Assembly: GCA_030765785.1 (NCBI GenBank)
Contig: JAVCCC010000021.1
Location: 1 to 59,239, forward strand
Length of the DNA: 59,239 bases
Source: Candidatus Aceula lacicola
GTDB lineage: Bacteria > Omnitrophota > Gorgyraeia > Zapsychrales > Aceulaceae
Direction of reading: 5' to 3'
Shown: positions 43,821-53,505 of the stretch, one piece after another
Position numbering within the stretch: the stretch's first letter is position 1
Layout of the letters: each line of letters begins with the position of its first letter
Program-made: the position numbers and the translations under genes
The notes under the pieces: model-generated
What the model saw: the letters and a program-made list of their open reading frames with translations, nothing else
What the model was told of the DNA's origin: nothing
The model's database searches: none

Positions 43821-43849
43821 ATTCTATCCTTACCCTCCTTCCTTGTCAA
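43821..43849 (-). promoter_or_regulatory. Sigma70-type promoter for pilin paralog 1
   Basis: TTGACA-17 nt-TAGAAT. Confidence 0.8.
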
Positions 43850-43933
43850 ATCGTTTTCAACAAAGATTATCTTTTACCTAATACAAGTATATCACGCAAA
43901 AATAACGTCTACCAAATTAAAAAAATAAGAATA

Positions 43934-44971
43934 TTAATAATTTTTTATGCGGCGCTCAATTTGTTGTTTCTGTTTTTGAGCCCTAGAAAGGTCTTTTTTA
44001 AGCTTTTTAAGTTCGATTTGAAATTTTTTATTTTCTGCTTCAAGCTTTGCGGCTTCAGAACGCAGCCTTTCAACTTTTTCTGTATCAATATGCTGTTTAA
44101 AACTCTGGCTTCTTTCTTCTATTGCAGAAAAATCATCCTGAAGTCCCTGCTTTTGACTCTCGACTTGATCAATTTCACTTTGAAGCACATCTGATTGTTT
44201 TTGATATTGCTCTAAAACAATAGCATGCTCTTTTTTAAAAGAATCTTGCTGGGACAACAAAACAAGAGCATCCTCGTAGAGACTAAGCATTTCTGAATAA
44301 ATTTTCTCATTTTCTACGTTAAGCGTTTGGAATCGCTCACGAAAAGATAAAATCTCTTGATTAAGGTTCTCGATTTCTTCATTCCAATCCTTACGGTCTG
44401 CTTCGCTCATTTCCAAAAGTTCTACAAGCCGAATCTTTTGCCCTTCGTATTGATCAAAAGTTTCCCAATATTCTTTCTGCCCAGACTTATTTCTTTTTTC
44501 TGAAAAACGTATATTCTTCTTAAGCACAGCTATTTCCAATCCCATTCGCTCATTCTGATTCTCTTTTTTCTTGATATCCGCCTTAAGGATGCTAGCCTTT
44601 TCTTCAAAATCTATTTTTCTTTTAATAAAATCACTCAAAATTCTCTCGAGACGAAAAATCTCCTCTCGCATTTCCCCTATTGCTTGCGAAACAGCCCCAT
44701 CTTCAAAACCAAAATTTTCTATCTTCACATTCTCTTTTTCTACTTGCTCTGACAAATAATCTATCTCTTGAGCTAACTGTTTATTTTCTGACAAAACTAA
44801 ATCATTGTCATACGAAAGCTTGTCCATGCTAATTTTGAGCTCAGAAATACTTTTAGCCCAAGAGTCAAAAAAGCTTGGAATAGATGTCTGATATTGCGAA
44901 AATGTATCGCTAGCGAAAAACAAACACAGCGCGACACTCCCAATAATAAGTATAAATAATTTCGTTCTCAT
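43934..44971 (-). CDS. Hypothetical exported long coiled-coil protein
   Basis: 345-aa ORF, signal-peptide-like N-terminus, E/K/L/Q-rich heptads; 6 nt after pilC. Confidence 0.8.
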   Translation of the reverse strand: MRTKLFILIIGSVALCLFFASDTFSQYQTSIPSFFDSWAKSISELKISMDKLSYDNDLVLSENKQLAQEIDYLSEQVEKENVKIENFGFEDGAVSQAIGEMREEIFRLERILSDFIKRKIDFEEKASILKADIKKKENQNERMGLEIAVLKKNIRFSEKRNKSGQKEYWETFDQYEGQKIRLVELLEMSEADRKDWNEEIENLNQEILSFRERFQTLNVENEKIYSEMLSLYEDALVLLSQQDSFKKEHAIVLEQYQKQSDVLQSEIDQVESQKQGLQDDFSAIEERSQSFKQHIDTEKVERLRSEAAKLEAENKKFQIELKKLKKDLSRAQKQKQQIERRIKNY

Positions 44972-44977
44972 TAACTT

Positions 44978-46186
44978 TTATTTAATCATTGTTGTTATAT
45001 TAATAATTGGCAAAAACAGCGCAATAACAATAAACCCAACCACAATACCCAAAAATCCAATGATGAGTGGCTCAATCATGCTTGTTAAACCAGAAACAGC
45101 AGCATCCACCTGATCGTCATAAAATTCAGCAATCTTTGTTAGCATGGCTTCCATCTTTCCTGTTTTTTCACCAACAGAAATCATACGAATAACCATTTTT
45201 GGAAAAACATCGCTTTTTGACAAAGGTTCCGAAATGCTTTCACCATCACGAATATGATCACATGCATCGTTTGAAACAATTTCAATGACACGATTTCCAG
45301 AACTTTTTCCAACAATCTCTAATGACGTAAGAATGGGAACCCCGCTTTGTATTAATGTCGCAAGCGTTCGACTAAAACGACTAATGGCAACTTTTTGAAT
45401 AAGAGGACCAAAAATTGGAAGCTTAAGAATAATACGATCAATCTGAAGGCTTCCACTCTTTGTTTTTTTATAATTAACAAAAAAGATGAACAGTCCAACA
45501 AGAATAAAAATGGCAAACAAAAAGCTAGACCTCAAATTTTCACTCAAAGTGATTAGCACCTGTGTCATGGCAGGCAATTCATGCCCTAAAGAATCATAAA
45601 TTTCTTTAAATGTTGGAACAACTTTAATCAACAAAACCAAGGTAATAACCATTGCCATACAAATAACAACAATTGGATAAACCATTGCTGCTTTTACTTT
45701 GCGTTTTAATTTAAGTGTTTTTTCCATGTATCCAGCAATACGATTTAAAAGCTCGTTTAAGGCACCTCCTGTTTCACCTGCCTTGACCATGCTGACAAAA
45801 AGCGTATCAAAAACTTTTGGATGTTTTGCAAATGCTGCTGAAAGACTATTTCCAACAGACACATCTTCTCGAATAGTTGCAATAACCTCTTTAAAATACC
45901 GCTCCGTGACCTGCTCCTCTAATGCTTCTAAGCTTTGCAAAATAGGAATGCCTGCCTCAATCATCGTCGAAAGCTGACGCGTAAAAACAACCAAGTCATC
46001 TGGCTTAACCTTATTACCTCCAAAAGAAATATTTTTAAGATCTACGTCTTTTGTTTCTTCGACCGAAATAACAATTAAATTACGCTTGCGCAACTCTTTG
46101 ATAACGGATTCTTCATCTTCGGCAACAACTTTACCACCAATCGTTGCAGCGTTTTCATCCTTTGCGACATATTTATATTTTGGCAT
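44978..46186 (-). CDS. pilC: Type IV pilus platform protein PilC (GspF family)
   Basis: FTRQLSTMIEAGIP, AGETGGAL, AMVYP, VGEKTG, SMIEP. Confidence 0.96.
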   Translation of the reverse strand: MPKYKYVAKDENAATIGGKVVAEDEESVIKELRKRNLIVISVEETKDVDLKNISFGGNKVKPDDLVVFTRQLSTMIEAGIPILQSLEALEEQVTERYFKEVIATIREDVSVGNSLSAAFAKHPKVFDTLFVSMVKAGETGGALNELLNRIAGYMEKTLKLKRKVKAAMVYPIVVICMAMVITLVLLIKVVPTFKEIYDSLGHELPAMTQVLITLSENLRSSFLFAIFILVGLFIFFVNYKKTKSGSLQIDRIILKLPIFGPLIQKVAISRFSRTLATLIQSGVPILTSLEIVGKSSGNRVIEIVSNDACDHIRDGESISEPLSKSDVFPKMVIRMISVGEKTGKMEAMLTKIAEFYDDQVDAAVSGLTSMIEPLIIGFLGIVVGFIVIALFLPIINITTMIK

Positions 46187-46242
46187 AAGTAAACTCCTGT
46201 TCTAAAAACTTTTATTAGCAAAACAATGCTCTACCCGCATGT

Positions 46243-47949
46243 TTATTCGGAACTTGCCACTCTAAAAACTTCTTCAATGGTTGTCACTCCAGAAACAAAC
46301 TTTTCAACCATATCATCCCAAAGCGTTGTCATCCCCTGCTTAACTGCATAATCTTTAATCTCCGACGTGGAAGACCCCTTAATCAACATCTCTCGCACAT
46401 GCTCATCTACTTCTAAAACTTCAACAATACCCGTTCGACCATAATATCCTGTTTGCCGACAAAAATCACATCCTTTGCCATGATAAAACTTTGTTCCAGG
46501 CTTAATTTTATCTTTGATATCCTTTAAAACATTATCTAGCAATTTGATTTCTTCACGGCACTTTGGGCAAATCGTTCGACATAATCGTTGTGCACAAATT
46601 GCAATCACACTAGAGGAAACTAAAAAAGATTCAACGCCCATATCAACCAATCGCGTCAAAGCACCAGCCGCATCATTCGTATGCAAAGTCGATAAAACAA
46701 GTTGGCCAGTTAAAGATGCCTTAATAGCAATATCTGCTGTTTCAGAATCGCGAATTTCTCCCAACATAACAACATCTGGACTTTGACGCAAAATCGATCT
46801 TAAACCAGAAGCAAACGTAAGGCCAATATCTGCACGTGCTTGAATTTGCGTAAGACCATCAATAAGATACTCAACGGGATCTTCAACTGTAATAATATTT
46901 TTATCAACCGTATTAAGCTGACTGATGATCGAATAAAGTGTTGTTGACTTTCCGCTTCCCGTCGGTCCAGTGACTAAAATCATTCCAAAAGGTTTAGAAA
47001 TCGCCTCTGTCAATTTCTCCAAAGGTTTCTTAGAAAAACTAAGCCCATCTAGTCCAGACGATAAATTGCTTTTATCAAGAATACGAATAACAATTTTCTC
47101 GCCAAACGTTGTGGGAAGCAACGAAACGCGAAAATCAACTTCTTTTGATGAAAGTCTCATTTTAAAACGACCATCTTGCGGAACCTGCGTCTCTGTAATA
47201 TTAATCCCTGCCATAATTTTAATGCGAACAATAACTGCATTTTGATTTACTCTCGGAATAGTTAAAACTTCTCTTAAAACGCCATCAATGCGATAACGAA
47301 CACGAGCAGAGGTCTCGCTTGGTTCGATGTGAATATCAGACGCTCTTTCCTTTAATGCTTCACGAATAATTAAATCAACCATACGAACAATCGGAGCTCG
47401 CGCGCTTTCTTCAAGATTAATTTCTTGCGCCCCACCTTCTTCTTTCTCATTAATAATTTCAAAATCTTCGATATCAATGTCTCGGCTCACTTCGGCTACG
47501 CTTTCGGCGTCCGCAACACCATAATAATTATCAAGTGCCTGCGCAATCTTAGATTCTTCGCTAATAACCACATCCACATTTTTATTTGTTAATGTTTTTA
47601 AATCATCGACTGCAAAAATATTAAACGGATCCGATAGCGCAACTGTAATTGTTTTTCCAAGTTTCGATATTGGAATGAGATGATATTGACGCGCGATGCG
47701 CGCTGGGATCATTTCTTTAAGCGATGGGTCAATTTTGTATTTAGAAAGATTAATCGTCGGGATATGAAATTCTTTAACAAGAAGACTCAGAAGATCTTGT
47801 TCAGAAACAAAACCTTTTTCAATTAAAATCCTATCAAGTCCGATGCCTTTTTCTTTCTGCAACACCACCGCATCATCAAGATCCTTCTTGCTGATCCCAT
47901 GCGAATGAGCAAGAGCATCTAAAACTTTTTCTTTAATTGTTTTTACCAT
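46243..47949 (-). CDS. pilB: PilB/GspE family assembly ATPase, copy 2
   Basis: ASDIHIEP, PQDGR, GPTGSGKS, TVEDPVE, GEIRD, TGQLVLSTLH, CPKC/CDFC. Confidence 0.94.
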   Translation of the reverse strand: MVKTIKEKVLDALAHSHGISKKDLDDAVVLQKEKGIGLDRILIEKGFVSEQDLLSLLVKEFHIPTINLSKYKIDPSLKEMIPARIARQYHLIPISKLGKTITVALSDPFNIFAVDDLKTLTNKNVDVVISEESKIAQALDNYYGVADAESVAEVSRDIDIEDFEIINEKEEGGAQEINLEESARAPIVRMVDLIIREALKERASDIHIEPSETSARVRYRIDGVLREVLTIPRVNQNAVIVRIKIMAGINITETQVPQDGRFKMRLSSKEVDFRVSLLPTTFGEKIVIRILDKSNLSSGLDGLSFSKKPLEKLTEAISKPFGMILVTGPTGSGKSTTLYSIISQLNTVDKNIITVEDPVEYLIDGLTQIQARADIGLTFASGLRSILRQSPDVVMLGEIRDSETADIAIKASLTGQLVLSTLHTNDAAGALTRLVDMGVESFLVSSSVIAICAQRLCRTICPKCREEIKLLDNVLKDIKDKIKPGTKFYHGKGCDFCRQTGYYGRTGIVEVLEVDEHVREMLIKGSSTSEIKDYAVKQGMTTLWDDMVEKFVSGVTTIEEVFRVASSE

Positions 47950-49670
47950 TACTCTTCCATCTCTTCATCTGAAGCTGTTACTCTCAAAACTTCTTCAATA
48001 GATGTTAACCCTGCAGCTGCCTTCTCAAGACCATCTTCTCTCATCGTCACCATCTTCTCTCGACGAGAAACTTCTTTAATCTGAAATTCACCGACTCTAT
48101 CTAAAATACACTTTTTAACTGCAGGAGTTAAAACCATAATTTCAGTAATTCCGATTCTCCCCTGATATCCTAATTCAAAACAATGTTTGCAGCCTTTCGG
48201 CTTAAAAAATGTTGGCTTTTTATTAAATTTTAATTTAGTAAGTCCAATCTTTTTGGCTAAATAATCTGGAACATCCTGAGGTTCCTTACATTTATCACAA
48301 AGCTTTCGAAGCAAGCGCTGCGCAACAACACTTAAAACAGAGGAACAGATTAAAAAAGGCTCAATACCCATATTCACCATACGCACAACCGATCCTGCCG
48401 CTGTCGTCGTATGAAGTGAGCTTAAAACCAGATGACCTGTCAATGCTGCTTTAATAGCTACATCTAAAGTTTCAAAATCACGAATTTCACCAATCATAAT
48501 AACATCCGGATCTTGGCGTAAAATCGATCGTAGCGTTGAGGCAAACGTCAAATTAACCTGCGGCTTAATGTTAACCTGATTAATTCCCTTCATTTGATAT
48601 TCCACAGGATCTTCAACTGTAATAATATTCTTTTCTGGAGAATCAATAAATTTTAAAATAGAATAAAGCGTTGTTGTTTTTCCACTTCCTGTCGGTCCGC
48701 ATGTCAAAATCATTCCATGAGGCTTCAAGGAACATTCTTTGAGTGTTTCAAGCGCCTGCTCTTTAAAACCAAGCCTTCCAATATCCAACATCGCCGCATT
48801 CTTATCTAAAACACGCAAAACAACTTTTTCGCCAAATGCAGCTGGAAGCACGCTAACGCGAAAATCCACTTCACGCTTTCGATCAGTCATAATCTTAAAA
48901 CGTCCATCCTGAGGAAGTCGATGCTCAGAAATATCAAGGTTGGACATAATTTTAATCCTTGAAATAACTGGAAAATGAAGATTTTTTGACATACGATCAA
49001 CTTCTCGAATAATTCCATCTACTCGATAGCGAATGCGCAATGCTTTTTCTAAGGGTTCAATAAAAATATCACTCGCCTTAGCAATAATTGCCTGCTTAAT
49101 AATCGCATCCGTCAACCTAATCGTTGGAGCGTCTTGAATCAAGCTCTCAACATGCTGATTTTCGGTAATCTTTGAAGAATCCTTAATAAGCTCAAGCTCC
49201 TCTGAATCAGAAATATCTTTCATAATTTGCTCAAACGCAATATTGGCATCTTCAGAATGATAAATTCCAATAGCCTTTTCAATATCTTTAAGCTGCGCTT
49301 TTACAGGATGGACTCGAAGCCCAGTTAAAGCGTTAATATTGTCCATCGAAACAATATCAGACGAGTTTGCCATAGCTAAAATTAAAACATGCCCTATACA
49401 AGCTATCGGCATAATTTGATAATTCAAGGCAATTGCTTTAGGAATAATTTCGAGTGCTTCTGGAAAGATTCTTAGATCAGACACATCGATCGGCGATGAC
49501 CCTAACCCTTCAACGAAGAAATCAACAACTTCTGATTCTGATGCTAATCCCTTTTTAATTATGTAATCAGCAAAAAACTCACCTTTTAATTCTGCTTCAT
49601 CAAAAATCGTAGAATCAATTTTTTTTCTTTCAATCAATATGCTTTTTAATTTTTTGGCTGGTGAGATCAT
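47949..49670 (-). CDS. pilB: PilB/GspE family assembly ATPase, copy 1
   Basis: ASDIFIEP, PQDGR, GPTGSGKT, RQDPD..GEIRD, TGHLVLSSLH, CDKC/CKHC. Confidence 0.94.
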   Translation of the reverse strand: MISPAKKLKSILIERKKIDSTIFDEAELKGEFFADYIIKKGLASESEVVDFFVEGLGSSPIDVSDLRIFPEALEIIPKAIALNYQIMPIACIGHVLILAMANSSDIVSMDNINALTGLRVHPVKAQLKDIEKAIGIYHSEDANIAFEQIMKDISDSEELELIKDSSKITENQHVESLIQDAPTIRLTDAIIKQAIIAKASDIFIEPLEKALRIRYRVDGIIREVDRMSKNLHFPVISRIKIMSNLDISEHRLPQDGRFKIMTDRKREVDFRVSVLPAAFGEKVVLRVLDKNAAMLDIGRLGFKEQALETLKECSLKPHGMILTCGPTGSGKTTTLYSILKFIDSPEKNIITVEDPVEYQMKGINQVNIKPQVNLTFASTLRSILRQDPDVIMIGEIRDFETLDVAIKAALTGHLVLSSLHTTTAAGSVVRMVNMGIEPFLICSSVLSVVAQRLLRKLCDKCKEPQDVPDYLAKKIGLTKLKFNKKPTFFKPKGCKHCFELGYQGRIGITEIMVLTPAVKKCILDRVGEFQIKEVSRREKMVTMREDGLEKAAAGLTSIEEVLRVTASDEEMEE

Positions 49671-50119
49671 CTCTTTGCTCGATAATATCGATCGATTGTA
49701 TTTCGAACATCTGTCGACGTGCTAACAAATGTTTGAACGGAACATTTTGTCAACTCTTCAATTTCTTCAATCGCCTCAGAAACCAACGGATTTGCCATCG
49801 CCAACGTCAAACTTGCTCCAATCTTATCGATCGGAACTAGACAAAATTTCTCACAAAGATCAACAGGAATGAAAGAAAGAACCTCTTCTTCAATCTCATA
49901 ATTTGACAGAGGCAAATAAGGAAAACCGTACTGCGACGTTAAAGCTTGCGCAATATCTTCTTCCGATGCGTACTTAAGCAAAATCAAAGCCTCTCCAATG
50001 AGGACTCCTTTTTCACTTTGATATTTAATGGCTTCCTCTAGCTGAACTTTATTGACAACGCCTCGTTCGACAAGAAGCTCTCCAAGAAATTTTTTGTTGA
50101 TTCGTTTATAATCTTCCAT
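49667..50119 (-). CDS. Stand-alone MshEN/T2SSE_N-like domain protein with no ATPase
   Basis: FLGELLVERGVV....L...I..Q, 5-aa linker, LIGEAL...L..Q, then LTLAMANP; ends at 150 aa. Confidence 0.85.
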   Translation of the reverse strand: MEDYKRINKKFLGELLVERGVVNKVQLEEAIKYQSEKGVLIGEALILLKYASEEDIAQALTSQYGFPYLPLSNYEIEEEVLSFIPVDLCEKFCLVPIDKIGASLTLAMANPLVSEAIEEIEELTKCSVQTFVSTSTDVRNTIDRYYRAKR

Positions 50120-50153
50120 AATATGAGTATATTTATTAATAAAGTATACGAAT

Positions 50154-50182
50154 ATACTACCCCAAAATTAAAAATATTACAA
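50154..50182 (-). promoter_or_regulatory. Weak candidate promoter for the MshEN-pilB-pilB-pilC operon
   Basis: TTGTAA-17 nt-TAGTAT in an AT-rich spacer; a chance match is possible. Confidence 0.4.
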
Positions 50183-50198
50183 ATTTAAACATTAATAT

Positions 50199-51305
50199 TT
50201 AGAAAATTGTCCTTCTTCTGCCAAGGCTTAAAAGAAAACCCATCATCAAAACAAAGACTACAAAAGAGGATCGACCATAGCTAACAAAAGGTAAAGTAAG
50301 CCCTACGATAGGACAGAGCCCCAAAACCATACCAATGTTAATAACGGTTTGAAGTGTCAAAATAGTAATAATGCCAATACCTGCCAAATATCCAAATTTT
50401 TCTTTGGTTCGCTCAACTAGATCAAGCGATGTCATGATAAGAATAAAAAAGCAAACGATTAAAAAGACAGCGCCAATAAAACCCCACTCTTCTCCTATAA
50501 CAGAAAAGATAAAATCCGTGTGCCGCTCAGGCAGAAAATTAAGCTGATTTTGTGTTCCAGACAACCATCCTTTGCCAAATATCTGACCCGATCCAACAGC
50601 AATCTTTGATTGAATAATTGTATATCCTGCTCCCAAAGGATCAATATTTGGATTTAAAAAAACAAGCAATCGATCTTTTTGATATGCCTTCATAAAGCTC
50701 CAAAATATAGGAACCGAAACAAGTCCAATCCCAAAAAGACCTACCAAATATTTATACGCGATTCCGCTTGCATACAAAACAACAATAAAAATCCCAAACA
50801 ACAAGAGCGCTGTTCCTAAATCAGGTTGCTTAAAGACTAAAAGCGCTGGAAACACAACAAGAACAAGCGGAATTAGGAAATCAGAAAAGAAATCTGCTTT
50901 TAATCCATGATGATGAAAAGCAATTTTTGGTTTATTATCAGAAAAATATCGAGCTAGAACTAAAATAATTGAAAACTTCATCAGCTCAGATGGCTGAAAG
51001 TTTAAACCAAAAAAATCAATCCATCTTTTTGCACCAAGAGCATAGTGTCCAAAGATAAAAATTCCAATCAAAAAAACAATATTGACAATATAAAGAATAT
51101 ACGCGACGTCATAAAACTTTCGATAATCAATATAACTCAAACCTAAAATCGCCAAGAGCCCAACAACAGCTAAAATTAACTGATCAAAAAAAACTTTTTG
51201 AGAAACTCTCGTGTTTTGATACGAAGCGCTATACAAGGCGAGCAAGCCTACGACGACAATAACAATCATTGCAATCCAGATAATTTTATTTAAATTTCGG
51301 CTCAT
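50199..51305 (-). CDS. rodA: Rod shape-determining protein RodA (SEDS)
   Basis: GAKRW, QPSE, QPDLGT, LPERHTDFIF, LPFVSYG. Confidence 0.98.
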   Translation of the reverse strand: MSRNLNKIIWIAMIVIVVVGLLALYSASYQNTRVSQKVFFDQLILAVVGLLAILGLSYIDYRKFYDVAYILYIVNIVFLIGIFIFGHYALGAKRWIDFFGLNFQPSELMKFSIILVLARYFSDNKPKIAFHHHGLKADFFSDFLIPLVLVVFPALLVFKQPDLGTALLLFGIFIVVLYASGIAYKYLVGLFGIGLVSVPIFWSFMKAYQKDRLLVFLNPNIDPLGAGYTIIQSKIAVGSGQIFGKGWLSGTQNQLNFLPERHTDFIFSVIGEEWGFIGAVFLIVCFFILIMTSLDLVERTKEKFGYLAGIGIITILTLQTVINIGMVLGLCPIVGLTLPFVSYGRSSFVVFVLMMGFLLSLGRRRTIF

Positions 51306-51311
51306 AATTTC

Positions 51312-53027
51312 CTATATAATTTTTTCTCTTCTCATTCTAGCTAAAAGTTTTTTTGCAATACGACACGCATAATAGCTAGAACCGCCGTGCTCTAAAAGGA
51401 CACAAAATGCTATTTTTCGATTTGTCTCTGGACAAAAACCAACAAACCAAGAATGATGACGTTTTCCTTGAGACGATTGCGCTGTTCCTGTTTTTCCAAG
51501 CACCAAAAGATTATTCATCGCCAACAGATGTGCGGTTCCGGCATAATCTCCAATCGCAGCTTTCATTCCCACTTTAACATCTTCAAAATATTCTTTAGGA
51601 ACATCAATGTCTCTAGATAAAATTAACTCTTTGTTCTCTGCCTCACCAATTGAAACCATCACGTGCGGAGCAATCTCTTTTCCATCTCGAGCAACAGTCG
51701 AAATCATATTAACAAGCTGAATTGGCGTTGCCAAAACATCTCCCTGCCCAATTGAAAAATTAAGCGTATCTCCTTTGCTCCAAGATCGCCCAGAACGTTT
51801 GAACGCCTTGTTGGGATCAGGAATCAAGCCAGGCTCCTCGTACGGAAGATCAATATTCGTCGGTATTCCCAAACCAAAAAGATACGCATACTCTTCTATA
51901 GATTCAGGGCCTAACAATAACCCAACATTATAAAAATACACATTGCAAGAATGGGCAATCGCTTCAGTAAAATTTTGAATCCCGTGAGAATGAGAACAAC
52001 GAAACGATCTTCGTCCCAAGGGATAAGAACCATTACATAAAAATGTTTTATCAGTCGAAAGTTTCTTTTGATCTAGCACCGCAAGGGCCATTAAGATTTT
52101 AAATACTGATCCCGGTGGATATTGCCCGCTAATCGCTCTATTCATCATCGGAGCTGAAGAATCTAAAAACAGCCTAGATCTTTTTCTAGATTTCAAAATG
52201 TCTGTAAAAATATTAGGATCAAACGATGGCGCGCTCACCATGCCAAGCACTTCTCCGGTATCAAGATCCAAAACAACAATCGCCCCTCTTTTATCAGAAA
52301 GCAGATTACCTGCAATCTTTTGAATTCGAGCATCAATGCCCAGAACAATATCCTGCCCCTTGACAGGCTCCCTCATGCCTAAAAGGCGTACTTGCTCACC
52401 TCGATTATTAACTTCGACTTGAAATCCTCCATCTTGCCCTCTTAAAAAATTATCATAATACTCTTCGACCCCAGAATATCCAGTCACATCTTGAATCGAA
52501 AATCCATAATCTTTAAACTTCTTTACCTTGTCTTGATTTATTCTTGAAACGTATCCTAAGACATGCGCACCGATTTCACCAAAAGGATATTCTCTTTTTG
52601 CTCCCACGTTTACAAAAAGCCCTGGAAAGCGAAATTTATTTTCTTCTAAAACAACCGCTTTTTTTTGATCAATGTCTTCCTGGATAACAACCGGGACAAA
52701 AGGAGCCGCTGATCTGTCTTTGAAAATTTTTAACAATACGTCCTGGTCGACTTCTAACGTCCTGCTTAAAAACGAAAACAACTCTTCTTTGTCCCTAATT
52801 TCTTGCGAAATAATTACCGCATCAAACGAAACGCGCGTATCTGCTAAGACAACGCCGTTTCGATCTAAAATTCGCCCACGATTCCCCTCAACCGGTACAA
52901 TGCGAATACGATTATACCGACTCAACTCATAGTATTCATTGCCTTTAATAATCTGAAGGTGAAAAAGCCCAGCGATTAAAGCAAGAAAAAAACTAACAAT
53001 AATTAATTTAATAATTTTGAATCGCAT
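51312..53027 (-). CDS. mrdA: Penicillin-binding protein 2
   Basis: RGRILDRNG, PPGSVFK (SxxK), SCN, KTGTAQ. Confidence 0.97.
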   Translation of the reverse strand: MRFKIIKLIIVSFFLALIAGLFHLQIIKGNEYYELSRYNRIRIVPVEGNRGRILDRNGVVLADTRVSFDAVIISQEIRDKEELFSFLSRTLEVDQDVLLKIFKDRSAAPFVPVVIQEDIDQKKAVVLEENKFRFPGLFVNVGAKREYPFGEIGAHVLGYVSRINQDKVKKFKDYGFSIQDVTGYSGVEEYYDNFLRGQDGGFQVEVNNRGEQVRLLGMREPVKGQDIVLGIDARIQKIAGNLLSDKRGAIVVLDLDTGEVLGMVSAPSFDPNIFTDILKSRKRSRLFLDSSAPMMNRAISGQYPPGSVFKILMALAVLDQKKLSTDKTFLCNGSYPLGRRSFRCSHSHGIQNFTEAIAHSCNVYFYNVGLLLGPESIEEYAYLFGLGIPTNIDLPYEEPGLIPDPNKAFKRSGRSWSKGDTLNFSIGQGDVLATPIQLVNMISTVARDGKEIAPHVMVSIGEAENKELILSRDIDVPKEYFEDVKVGMKAAIGDYAGTAHLLAMNNLLVLGKTGTAQSSQGKRHHSWFVGFCPETNRKIAFCVLLEHGGSSYYACRIAKKLLARMRREKII

Positions 53028-53488
53028 TTTCTAAGATAGTCAACACAAAACGGCGAAACTGCAACAGTTGCCGCAACTTCAGGAAGAAAAACAAAAATAA
53101 AAACATCGCCGAAATTAATTTTTAAAAACATTGAATTAATAAAATATATCGAAATAATATTAAGCGTACTAAATATTCCGGCGAGTACAAGCTTAAAAGA
53201 AAGCGCATCAAACTCTACAAAATATTTCTTCACAGCGATCAAGACATACGAACAAGAAATAAACGATACAACATGGGCACCAAAAACTCCAGAACCAAAA
53301 CTATCAGAAAGAATACCGCATATTAAAGAAGTCGCAATTCCATAACGAATGCCAAATTTTAAATTAGAATAAACAACAAGAAGGACAAGTAAGCTCGGCT
53401 TAAACCAAGAGCCAAATATTTGGAATATCGCAACCTCAATCAAAAATAACACAAACGAAAAGATGATAATAACAAAAAGTTTTTTCAT
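53003..53488 (-). CDS. mreD: Rod shape-determining protein MreD
   Basis: Polytopic 161-aa protein, GILSD..FG motif, between mreC and mrdA. Confidence 0.85.
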   Translation of the reverse strand: MKKLFVIIIFSFVLFLIEVAIFQIFGSWFKPSLLVLLVVYSNLKFGIRYGIATSLICGILSDSFGSGVFGAHVVSFISCSYVLIAVKKYFVEFDALSFKLVLAGIFSTLNIISIYFINSMFLKINFGDVFIFVFLPEVAATVAVSPFCVDYLRKCDSKLLN

Positions 53489-53505
53489 AAATTTTATACC
53501 TGGAT

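Noticed and set aside
43814-44194. 126-aa plus-strand ORF next to the pilin promoter
   Set aside because: Antisense shadow of the K/E-rich coiled-coil gene; TTG start with no SD
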